DNA of 38,579 nucleotides from a virus (Duplodnaviria; Heunggongvirae; Uroviricota; Caudoviricetes): IMG/VR virus record IMGVR_UViG_2563367002_000001; one strand, 5' to 3'. Shown piece by piece: positions 30,327 to 38,579 of this stretch (position 1 is its first letter; each line of letters starts with the position of its first letter). The notes under the pieces were generated by a model. It saw only the letters and a program-made list of their open reading frames with translations, ran no database searches and was not told where the DNA came from. The position numbers and the translations under genes were made by a program.

Positions 30327-31024
30327 TGCAGGATATCCGGCAGGAAACATTGAATGAATGCACCCGTGCGGAGCAGTCGGCCAGCGTGGTGCTCTGGGAA
30401 ATCGATCTGACAGAGGTCGGTGGAGAACGTTATTTTTTCTGTAATGAGCAGAACGAAAAAGGTGAGCCGGTCACCTGGCAGGGGCGACAGTATCAGCCGT
30501 ATCCCATTCAGGGGAGTAGTTTTGAACTGAATGGCAAAGGCACCAGTACGCGCCCCACGCTGACGGTTTCTAACCTGTACGGTATGGTCACCGGGATGGT
30601 GGAAGATCTGCAGAGTCTGGTCGGCGGAACGGTGGTCAGGCGTAAGGTTTACGCCCGTTTTCTGGATGCGGTGAACTTCGTCAACGGAAACAGCGACGCC
30701 GATCCGGAGCAGGAGGTGATCAGCCGCTGGCGCATCGAGCAGTGCAGCGAACTGAGTGCGGTCAGTGCCTCCTTTGTACTGTCCACACCGACGGAAACGG
30801 ATGGTGCCGTTTTTCCGGGGCGCATCATGCTGGCTAATACCTGCACCTGGACCTATCGCGGTGATGAGTGCGGTTATCACGGTCCGGCGGTCGCGGATGA
30901 ATATGATCAGCCGACTTCCGATATCACGAAGGATAAATGCAGCAAATGCCTGAGCGGCTGTAAGTTTCGCAATAACGTCGGCAACTTTGGCGGCTTCCTT
31001 TCCATTAACAAACTTTCGCAGTAA
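30326..31024 (+). CDS. L: Minor tail protein L, 232 aa
   Basis: MQDIRQETLNECTRAEQSASVVLWEIDLTEVGGERYFF... matches lambda gpL, including the C-terminal Cys cluster. Confidence 0.95.
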   Translation: MQDIRQETLNECTRAEQSASVVLWEIDLTEVGGERYFFCNEQNEKGEPVTWQGRQYQPYPIQGSSFELNGKGTSTRPTLTVSNLYGMVTGMVEDLQSLVGGTVVRRKVYARFLDAVNFVNGNSDADPEQEVISRWRIEQCSELSAVSASFVLSTPTETDGAVFPGRIMLANTCTWTYRGDECGYHGPAVADEYDQPTSDITKDKCSKCLSGCKFRNNVGNFGGFLSINKLSQ

Positions 31025-31029
31025 ATCCC

Positions 31030-31773
31030 ATGACAGAGACAGAATCAGCGATTCTGGCGCATGCCCGGCGATGTGCGCCAGCGGAGTCGTGCGGCTTCGT
31101 GGTGAGAGCGCCGGAGGGGGAAAGATATTTTCCCTGCGTGAATATCTCCGGTGAGCCGGAGGCGTATTTCCGGATGGCTCCGGAGGACTGGCTGCAGGCA
31201 GAGATGCAGGGTGAGATTGTGGCGCTGGTCCACAGTCATCCCGGTGGTCTGCCCTGGCTGAGTGAGGCCGACCGGCGGCTGCAGGTGCAGAGTGATTTGC
31301 CGTGGTGGCTGGTCTGCCGGGGGGCGATTCATAAGTTCCGCTGTGTGCCGCATCTCACCGGGCGGCGCTTTGAGCACGGGGTGACGGACTGTTACACGCT
31401 GTTCCGGGACGCTTACCATCTGGCGGGGATTGAGATGCCGGACTTTCATCGTGAGGATGACTGGTGGCGTAACGGCCAGAATCTCTATCTTGATAATCTG
31501 GAGGCCACAGGGCTGTATCAGGTGCCGTTGTCAGCGGCGCAGCCGGGCGATGTGCTGCTGTGCTGCTTTGGTTCATCGGTGCCGAATCATGCCGCTATTT
31601 ACTGTGGTGACGGCGAGCTGCTGCACCATATTCCTGAACAACTGAGTAAACGAGAGAGGTATACCGACAAATGGCAGCGACGCACACACTCCCTCTGGCG
31701 TCACCGGGCATGGCGCGCATCTGCCTTTACGGGGATTTACAACGATTTGGCCGCCGCATCGACCTTCGTGTGA
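31030..31773 (+). CDS. K: Tail tip assembly protein K (MPN/JAB plus NlpC/P60-like), 247 aa
   Basis: HSHPGG motif (JAB/MPN) and Cys-His segments. Homologous to lambda gpK. The long ORF begins just after L. Confidence 0.9.
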   Translation: MTETESAILAHARRCAPAESCGFVVRAPEGERYFPCVNISGEPEAYFRMAPEDWLQAEMQGEIVALVHSHPGGLPWLSEADRRLQVQSDLPWWLVCRGAIHKFRCVPHLTGRRFEHGVTDCYTLFRDAYHLAGIEMPDFHREDDWWRNGQNLYLDNLEATGLYQVPLSAAQPGDVLLCCFGSSVPNHAAIYCGDGELLHHIPEQLSKRERYTDKWQRRTHSLWRHRAWRASAFTGIYNDLAAASTFV

Positions 31774-32342
31774 AAACGGGGGCTGAAGCCATCCGCGCAC
31801 TGGCCACACAGCTCCCGGTGTTTCGTCAGAAACTGAGCGACGGCTGGTATCAGGTACGGATTGCCGGGCGGGACGTCAGCACGTCCGGGTTAACGGCGCA
31901 GTTACATGAGACTCTGCCTGATGGCGCTGTGATTCATATTGTTCCCAGAGTCGCCGGGGCCAAGTCAGGTGGCGTATTCCAGATTGTCCTGGGGGCTGCC
32001 GCCATTGCCGGATCATTCTTTACCGCCGGAGCCACCCTTGCAGCATGGGGGGCAGCCATTGGGGCCGGTGGTATGACCGGCATCCTGTTTTCTCTCGGTG
32101 CCAGTATGGTGCTCGGTGGTGTGGCGCAGATGCTGGCACCGAAAGCCAGAACTCCCCGTACACAGACAACGGATAACGGCAAACAGAACACCTATTTCTC
32201 CTCACTGGATAACATGGTTGCCCAGGGCAATGTTCTGCCGGTTCTGTACGGTGAAATGCGCGTGGGGTCACGCGTGGTTTCTCAGGAGATCAGCACGGCA
32301 GACGAAGGGGATGGTGGTCAGGTTGTGGTGATTGGTCGCTGA
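31671..32342 (+). CDS. I: Tail tip assembly protein I, 223 aa
   Basis: MAATHTLPLASPGMARICLYGDLQRFGRRIDLRV... matches lambda gpI. Overlaps the K 3' end in another frame, as in lambda. Confidence 0.9.
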   Translation: MAATHTLPLASPGMARICLYGDLQRFGRRIDLRVKTGAEAIRALATQLPVFRQKLSDGWYQVRIAGRDVSTSGLTAQLHETLPDGAVIHIVPRVAGAKSGGVFQIVLGAAAIAGSFFTAGATLAAWGAAIGAGGMTGILFSLGASMVLGGVAQMLAPKARTPRTQTTDNGKQNTYFSSLDNMVAQGNVLPVLYGEMRVGSRVVSQEISTADEGDGGQVVVIGR

Positions 32343-32402
32343 TGCAAAATGTTTTATGTGAAACCGCCTCCGGGCGGTTTTATCGTTTATGGAGCATGAG
32401 GA

Positions 32403-35400
32403 ATGGGTAAAGGCAGCAGTAAGGGGCATACCCCGCGCGAAGCGAAGGACAACCTGAAATCATCCCAGATGCTGAGCGTGATAGACGCCATCAGCGAAGG
32501 GCCGGTTGAAGGTCCGGTGGATGGATTAAAAAGCGTGCTGCTGAACAGTACGCCGGTGCTGGACAGTGAGGGGAATACCAATATATTCGGCGTCACGGTG
32601 GTGTTCCGGGCCGGTGAGCAGGAGCAGACACCGCCGGAGGGATTTGAATCCTCCGGCTCCGAGACGGTGCTCGGTACAGAAGTGAAATATGACACGCCGA
32701 TCACCCGGACCATCACGTCGGCAAACATTGACCGTCTGCGTTTTACTTTCGGCGTGCAGGCACTGGTGGAAACCACCTCAAAGGGGGACAGGAATCCATC
32801 GGAAGTCCGCCTGCTGGTTCAGATTCAACGTAACGGTGGCTGGGTGACGGAAAAAGACATCACCATTAAGGGCAAAACCACGTCGCAGTATCTGGCCTCG
32901 GTGGTGGTGGATAACCTGCCGCCGCGCCCGTTTAATATCCGGATGCGCAGGATGACGCCGGACAGCACCACAGACCAGTTGCAGAACAAAACGCTCTGGT
33001 CGTCATACACCGAAATCATCGATGTGAAACAGTGCTACCCGAACACGGCACTGGTCGGCGTACAGGTGGACTCGGAGCAGTTCGGCAGCCAGCAGGTGAG
33101 CCGTAATTATCATCTTCGCGGGCGCATTCTGCAGGTGCCGTCGAACTATAACCCGCAGACGCGGCAATACAGCGGTATCTGGGACGGAACGTTTAAGCCA
33201 GCATACAGCAACAACATGGCCTGGTGTCTGTGGGATATGCTGACCCATCCGCGCTACGGCATGGGGAAACGTCTTGGTGCGGCAGATGTGGATAAATGGG
33301 CGCTGTATGTCATCGGCCAGAATTGCGACCAGTCAGTGCCGGACGGCTTTGGCGGCACGGAGCCGCGCATCACCTGTAATGCGTACCTGACCACACAGCG
33401 CAAGGCGTGGGATGTGCTCAGTGATTTTTGCTCGGCGATGCGCTGTATGCCGGTATGGAACGGGCAGACGCTGACATTCGTGCAGGACCGACCGTCGGAT
33501 AAGGTGTGGACCTATAACCGCAGTAATGTGGTGATGCCGGATGATGGCGCGCCGTTCCGCTACAGCTTCAGCGCCCTGAAAGACCGCCATAATGCCGTTG
33601 AGGTGAACTGGATTGACCCGGATAACGGCTGGGAGACGGCGACAGAGCTTGTGGAGGACACGCAGGCCATTGCCCGTTACGGTCGTAACGTCACGAAGAT
33701 GGATGCCTTTGGCTGTACCAGCCGGGGGCAGGCACACCGCGCCGGGCTGTGGCTGATTAAAACGGAGCTGCTGGAAACGCAGACCGTGGACTTCAGCGTG
33801 GGTGCAGAAGGGCTTCGCCATGTACCGGGCGATGTCATTGAAATCTGTGATGATGACTATGCGGGGATCAGCATCGGCGGGCGCGTGCTGGCGGTGAACA
33901 ACCAGACGCGGACACTGACGCTCGACCGTGAAATCACGCTGCCATCCTCCGGCACCACGCTGATAAGCCTGGCTGACGGACAGGGGAATCCGGTCAGCGT
34001 GGAGGTCCAGTCCGTCACCGACGGCGTGAAGGTAAAAGTGAGCCGTGTTCCTGACGGCGTTGCAGAATACAGCGTGTGGGGGCTGAAGTTGCCAACGTTG
34101 CGCCAGCGCCTGTTCCGCTGTGTGAGTATCCGTGAGAACGATGACGGCACGTATGCCATCACTGCCGTGCAGCATGTACCGGAAAAAGAGGCCATCGTGG
34201 ATAACGGGGCGCACTTTGACGGCGACCAGAGCGGCACGGTGAATGGTGTCACGCCGCCAGCGGTGCAGCACCTGACTGCCGAAGTCACCGCAGACAGCGG
34301 GGAATATCAGGTGCTGGCGCGCTGGGACACGCCGAAGGTGGTGAAGGGGGTGAGCTTTATGCTTCGCCTGACCGTGGCAGCGGATGACGGCAGTGAGCGG
34401 CTGGTCAGCACGGCCCGGACGACGGAAACCACATACCGCTTCAGGCAACTGGCGCTGGGGAACTACAGGCTGACAGTCCGGGCGGTAAATGCGTGGGGGC
34501 AGCAGGGCGATCCGGCATCGGTATCGTTCCGGATTGCCGCACCGGCAGCGCCGTCGCAGATTGAGCTGACACCGGGGTATTTTCAGATAACCGCCACGCC
34601 GCATCTTGCGGTTTATGATCCGACGGTACAGTTTGAGTTCTGGTTCTCGGAAAAGCGGATTGCGGATATCAGGCAGGTTGAAACCACAGCACGCTATCTT
34701 GGCACGGCGCTGTACTGGATAGCCGCCAGTATCAATATCAAACCGGGCCATGATTATTATTTTTACATCCGCAGTGTGAACACCGTTGGCAAATCGGCAT
34801 TTGTGGAGGCTGTTGGCCAGCCGAGTGATGATGCATCCGGCTATCTGAATTTTTTCAAAGGAGAGATAGGGAAAACCCATCTGGCTCAGGAGTTGTGGAC
34901 GCAGATTGATAACGGTCAGCTTGCGCCTGACCTGGCTGAAATCAGGACGTCCATTACGGGTGTCAGCAATGAAATCACGCAGACCGTCAATAAGAAACTG
35001 GAAGACCAGAGTGCAGCGATCCAGCAGATACAGAAGGTTCAGGTTGATACAAATAATAACCTGAACAGCATGTGGGCTGTGAAGCTGCAGCAGATGCAGG
35101 ACGGACGCCTTTATATCGCGGGTATTGGTGCCGGTGTTGAGAATACTCCTGACGGTATGCAGAGTCAGGTGCTGCTGGCGGCGGACAGGATTGCGATGAT
35201 TAATCCTGCGAATGGCAACACAAAGCCGATGTTTGTTGGGCAGGGCGATCAGATATTCATGAACGAAGTGTTCCTGAAATATCTGACGGCTCCCACCATT
35301 ACCAGCGGTGGCAATCCCCCAACGTTTTCACTGACACCTGATGGTCGACTTTCTGCGAAAAATGCGGATATCAGCGGTAACGTGAACGCGAACTCCGGGA

Positions 35401-35879
35401 CGCTCAACAACGTCACGATTAATCAGAACTGTCGGATTCTGGGAAAACTGTCAGCTAACCAGATTGAAGGTGATATTGTCAAAACGGTGGGAAAAGCCTT
35501 TCCGAGAAATGGCAGTTATGCCAGCGGTACAATAACGGTCACTGTGTACGATGACCAGGCTTTTGACCGTCAGATAGTAGTCCCCCCCGTTCTGTTTCGT
35601 GGGGGTAAGCATGAAAACTTCAACAGCAACAACCAACAGTCATACTGGTATTCAACCTGTAAGCTGCAGGTACTGAAGAACGGACAGGAAATCTTTCAGC
35701 AACCCGCGACGGATGTCAGCAGGGTATTTTCATCAGTCATTGATATGCCTGCCGGACACGGCCATGTCACCCTGACTTTCAATGTTTCTTCATATGGTGC
35801 TAATAACTGGACGCCAACGACCAGTATCAGCGACCTTCTTGTTGTTGTGATGAAGAAATCTACAGCCGGTATCAGTTGA
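32403..35879 (+). CDS. J: Central tail fibre / host-specificity protein J, 1158 aa, with divergent C-terminal receptor-binding region
   Basis: The N-terminal ~1000 aa are collinear with lambda gpJ. Roughly the last 150 aa (from about 35400) diverge from the lambda C-terminus as recalled. Confidence 0.95.
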   Translation: MGKGSSKGHTPREAKDNLKSSQMLSVIDAISEGPVEGPVDGLKSVLLNSTPVLDSEGNTNIFGVTVVFRAGEQEQTPPEGFESSGSETVLGTEVKYDTPITRTITSANIDRLRFTFGVQALVETTSKGDRNPSEVRLLVQIQRNGGWVTEKDITIKGKTTSQYLASVVVDNLPPRPFNIRMRRMTPDSTTDQLQNKTLWSSYTEIIDVKQCYPNTALVGVQVDSEQFGSQQVSRNYHLRGRILQVPSNYNPQTRQYSGIWDGTFKPAYSNNMAWCLWDMLTHPRYGMGKRLGAADVDKWALYVIGQNCDQSVPDGFGGTEPRITCNAYLTTQRKAWDVLSDFCSAMRCMPVWNGQTLTFVQDRPSDKVWTYNRSNVVMPDDGAPFRYSFSALKDRHNAVEVNWIDPDNGWETATELVEDTQAIARYGRNVTKMDAFGCTSRGQAHRAGLWLIKTELLETQTVDFSVGAEGLRHVPGDVIEICDDDYAGISIGGRVLAVNNQTRTLTLDREITLPSSGTTLISLADGQGNPVSVEVQSVTDGVKVKVSRVPDGVAEYSVWGLKLPTLRQRLFRCVSIRENDDGTYAITAVQHVPEKEAIVDNGAHFDGDQSGTVNGVTPPAVQHLTAEVTADSGEYQVLARWDTPKVVKGVSFMLRLTVAADDGSERLVSTARTTETTYRFRQLALGNYRLTVRAVNAWGQQGDPASVSFRIAAPAAPSQIELTPGYFQITATPHLAVYDPTVQFEFWFSEKRIADIRQVETTARYLGTALYWIAASINIKPGHDYYFYIRSVNTVGKSAFVEAVGQPSDDASGYLNFFKGEIGKTHLAQELWTQIDNGQLAPDLAEIRTSITGVSNEITQTVNKKLEDQSAAIQQIQKVQVDTNNNLNSMWAVKLQQMQDGRLYIAGIGAGVENTPDGMQSQVLLAADRIAMINPANGNTKPMFVGQGDQIFMNEVFLKYLTAPTITSGGNPPTFSLTPDGRLSAKNADISGNVNANSGTLNNVTINQNCRILGKLSANQIEGDIVKTVGKAFPRNGSYASGTITVTVYDDQAFDRQIVVPPVLFRGGKHENFNSNNQQSYWYSTCKLQVLKNGQEIFQQPATDVSRVFSSVIDMPAGHGHVTLTFNVSSYGANNWTPTTSISDLLVVVMKKSTAGIS

Positions 35880-35897
35880 ATTTTATAACCCAGATAC

Positions 35898-35925
35898 GGG
35901 CGCCAGAAATGGCGCCTTTTTTATT
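35898..35925 (+). terminator. Rho-independent terminator between J and the side tail fibre gene
   Basis: GGCGCC-agaaat-GGCGCC hairpin (35899-35916) followed by TTTTTTATTT. Confidence 0.6.
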
Positions 35926-35937
35926 TGTGGAGTGAAT

Positions 35938-37998
35938 ATGGCAGTACAGATTTCAGGCGTGCTGAAAGACGGTGCAGGAAAACCGATACAGAACTGCACC
36001 ATTCAGCTCAAAGCAAAACGTAACAGCACCACGGTTGTGGTGAACACGGTGGCCTCAGAAAATCCGGATGAAGCCGGACGTTACAGCATGGATGTCGAGT
36101 ATGGCCAGTACAGCGTTATCCTGCTGGTTGAAGGTTTTCCGCCTTCACATGCCGGGGCCATCACCGTGTATGAGGATTCTAAGCCGGGGACATTGAATGA
36201 TTTTCTGGGCGCTGCAACAGAAGATGATGTTCGTCCGGAGGCACTGTATCGTTTTGAAAAGATGGTGGAAGAGGTGGCACGCAACGCTGAAGCCGCCTCT
36301 CAGAGCGCAGCGGCAGCAAAGAAATCAGAAACAGCAGCGGCATCGTCCAGGAATGCGGCGAAAACATCAGAGACGAATGCAGGTAACAGCGCGAAAGCGG
36401 CAGCTTCTTCAAAAACAGCCGCACAAAACGCAGCAACAGCGGCAGAACGTTCAGAGACAAATGCCCGTGCGTCAGAAGAAGCCTCCGCAGACAGTGAAGA
36501 GGCTTCCCGCCGTAATGCAGAGTCAGCCGCTGAAAATGCCGGAGTCGCCACCACAAAAGCGCGGGAGGCCGCAGCAGACGCAACAAAGGCCGGGCAGAAA
36601 AAGGATGAGGCTCTGTCGGCAGCGACACGGGCTGAAAAGGCGGCAGACCGCGCAGAAGTCGCAGCGGAAGTGACTGCAGAGCCCTATGCGAATATAGTGC
36701 CGCCGCTGCCTGATGTGTGGATACCGTTTAACGATTCACTGGATATGATTGCGGGTTTTTCTCCGGGCTATAAAAAAATAGCTATTGGTGACGATGTGGT
36801 TCAGGTCGCCAGTGATAAACAGGTTAATTTCAGTCGCGCATCAACGGCAACATATATCAACAAATCTGGCGAACTGAAAACGGCGGAAATTAATGAGCCG
36901 CGATTTGAGTGTGATGGCCTGCTTATTGAGGGACAAAGAACGAACTACATGCTCAATTCGGAAAGTCCAGCCAGCTGGGGGAAGTCATCAAACATGGATG
37001 TGCCCGAAACCGGGACAGATAGTTTTGGTTTTACTTATGGAAAGTTTGTCTGCAACGATTCTCTGGTTGGGCAAACTTCGGCTATTAATATGGCATCAAT
37101 TGCTGCAACAAAGTCAGTTGATGTCTCAGGCGATAACAAGTACGTGACAACCTCATGCCGTTTTAAAACAGAACGACAGGTAAGGTTACGTATACGGTTT
37201 GATAAGTATGATGGTAGTGCAACAACTTTTCTTGGCGATGCGTACATTGATACGCAAACGCTTGAAATTAATATGACAGGTGGGGCTGCCGGCAGAATTA
37301 CGGCACGAGTCAGGAAGGATAAGACCACAGGCTGGATTTTTGCAGAGGCAACGATTCAGGCAATTGATGGTGAGTTAAAAATAGGCTCTCAGATACAGTA
37401 TTCTCCTGAGCGGGGTGGGGCAACAGTATCTGGTGACTATATTTATCTTGCCACCCCACAAGTAGAGAATGGGCCGTGTGTATCATCATTTATTATTTCA
37501 GGAGGCAGCGCAACGACAAGAGCCAGTGATTTGGTTAGTATCCCCACCAGAAATAATCTTTATAAGTTACCATTTACTTTTTTACTTGAGATTCATAAAA
37601 ACTGGGATATTGCACCAAACGCCGCACCCCGCGTGTGGGATATAGCAGCAGCCAATACCGGGCAATCAGCAATTGCAGCAATCAACAGAGGTAGTGGTAA
37701 GTTATATATGAGTCTGTCAAACCCTTCAGGCTTGTATGTTAATAGCGCAGCGACAGATGTATTTGCAGAGAAAACCACATTTGGATGTATTGCAAAAGCT
37801 GATGGTCACTTTCATGTGGTGACAAATGGTAAAGCGGTTAATGAAGTTTATTGTGAATATAATGGTGTGACCGCTGATAAAAATATCCGATTTGGAGGGC
37901 AGACGAATACTGGAGAACGACATCTGTTTGGCCATATTCGCAATTTCCGCATATGGCATAAAGAATTAAATGACAGGCAATTAAAAGAGGTCGTATGA
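35938..37998 (+). CDS. stf: Side tail fibre protein (Stf-like N-terminus with Ala-rich shaft and an unrelated C-terminal domain), about 686 aa
   Basis: N-terminal ~90 aa match lambda Stf (MAVQISGVLKDGAGKPIQNCTIQLKAKRNSTTVVVNTV...), followed by an Ala/Ser-rich repeat region. The C-terminal ~420 aa are not lambda-like and look AT-richer. ATG at 35938 with GGAG 5 nt upstream. Confidence 0.85.
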   Translation: MAVQISGVLKDGAGKPIQNCTIQLKAKRNSTTVVVNTVASENPDEAGRYSMDVEYGQYSVILLVEGFPPSHAGAITVYEDSKPGTLNDFLGAATEDDVRPEALYRFEKMVEEVARNAEAASQSAAAAKKSETAAASSRNAAKTSETNAGNSAKAAASSKTAAQNAATAAERSETNARASEEASADSEEASRRNAESAAENAGVATTKAREAAADATKAGQKKDEALSAATRAEKAADRAEVAAEVTAEPYANIVPPLPDVWIPFNDSLDMIAGFSPGYKKIAIGDDVVQVASDKQVNFSRASTATYINKSGELKTAEINEPRFECDGLLIEGQRTNYMLNSESPASWGKSSNMDVPETGTDSFGFTYGKFVCNDSLVGQTSAINMASIAATKSVDVSGDNKYVTTSCRFKTERQVRLRIRFDKYDGSATTFLGDAYIDTQTLEINMTGGAAGRITARVRKDKTTGWIFAEATIQAIDGELKIGSQIQYSPERGGATVSGDYIYLATPQVENGPCVSSFIISGGSATTRASDLVSIPTRNNLYKLPFTFLLEIHKNWDIAPNAAPRVWDIAAANTGQSAIAAINRGSGKLYMSLSNPSGLYVNSAATDVFAEKTTFGCIAKADGHFHVVTNGKAVNEVYCEYNGVTADKNIRFGGQTNTGERHLFGHIRNFRIWHKELNDRQLKEVV

Positions 37999-38273
37999 AA
38001 GATTTAACTTTGAAGTTTCATGACAAACTGCAGTTTAAGGCCTTCCTGTCATCTCTTGACTGGGAGGAGGATGAAGACCTCCAGAATAAACTGTTAGTCG
38101 ATGAAATTGGTTTCACCTACACAGAAACAGGGGTAACAGAAGAGGGAGAACCTGTCTGTGTCCGGAATGACGGTTATTTTGTCAACATTCGCATTCTTGA
38201 TGACTTGTTTGATGTTTCTGTATTCTCTGATTATGTCGTGGAGCTGGAAACACCGCTTCGGGAATGGAGCTGA
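37995..38273 (+). CDS. Small acidic hypothetical protein, 92 aa, translationally coupled to stf
   Basis: ATG overlaps the stf stop (ATGA). Highly acidic (DWEEDEDLQ...). Possibly a tail fibre chaperone or accessory protein, but no recognisable similarity. Confidence 0.5.
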   Translation: MKDLTLKFHDKLQFKAFLSSLDWEEDEDLQNKLLVDEIGFTYTETGVTEEGEPVCVRNDGYFVNIRILDDLFDVSVFSDYVVELETPLREWS

Positions 38274-38285
38274 AAGGAGGAAATA

Positions 38286-38579
38286 ATGGATATAAGCCCC
38301 TTACTTCATGCGCTTTGTGCTGTGGCTGCGCAGATACTGGTTGGTCTTTTTACCGGAAACTGGGCTTACGGAGCGATAGCCGGTTGTACGTTCTTCATTG
38401 CGCGTGAACATACCCAGGCAGAATATCGCTGGATTGAAATGTTCGGGCATGGCAAGCGAATGAATATGCCGTGGTGGGGCGGTTTTGATCCGCGAGCTTG
38501 GGATGTGGCAAGCCTGATGGATTTTGCTGTGCCGGTGGTGGCGTGTCTGCTGGTCTGGCTGTTGGTTAATCGTGGGTGA
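38286..38579 (+). CDS. Hypothetical integral membrane protein, 5' partial (runs off the window end)
   Basis: RBS AGGAGG upstream of the ATG. Three hydrophobic segments (LHALCAVAAQILVGLF, AYGAIAGCTFFIA, FAVPVVACLLVWLLV). No stop within the window. Confidence 0.5.
   Translation: MDISPLLHALCAVAAQILVGLFTGNWAYGAIAGCTFFIAREHTQAEYRWIEMFGHGKRMNMPWWGGFDPRAWDVASLMDFAVPVVACLLVWLLVNRG

Noticed and set aside
33333-34880. 515-aa ORF on the minus strand inside J
   Set aside because: Antisense to conserved J coding sequence; Arg/His/Pro-rich composition typical of out-of-frame translation of GC-rich DNA.

Overview
This window is the interior of a lambda-like (lambdoid) prophage, most likely from E. coli or Shigella. 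All protein identifications below are from reading the translated ORFs and recalling lambda/DLP12 proteins; no database search was run. Gene order left to right: integrase and excisionase (minus strand), an early-left accessory cluster of small unknown genes, an Ea22-like gene, orf60a/61/63-like genes, exo, and only the 3' part of bet; then a nin region (truncated ninB, N6-adenine methyltransferase, ninE, rusA, ylcG, antiterminator Q), a reverse-oriented NmpC-like porin gene, a phage-21-type lysis cassette (dual-start pinholin, SAR endolysin, Rz with nested Rz1), bor, a small variable region, a lambda-type cos site, and a complete lambda-like head and tail module (Nu1, A, W, B, C, D, E, FI, FII, Z, U, V, G/G-T, H, M, L, K, I, J) followed by a chimeric side tail fibre gene and two small unknown genes. 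Two near-identical 1250-bp IS911-like (IS3 family) elements lie in inverted orientation at 3822-5071 and 7912-9161. The second sits exactly at a junction between mid-bet and the 5' end of ninB, so the whole immunity/replication module (gam to ren, including N, cI, cro, O, P) is absent. The prophage is therefore almost certainly defective for induction and replication while keeping an apparently intact lysis and virion module. No tRNA, rRNA or CRISPR array was seen. The strongest candidates for undescribed function are the early-left accessory cluster, the variable bor-to-cos region, and the divergent host-range end (J C-terminus, chimeric stf, two trailing small genes); none can be assigned a function from sequence alone.
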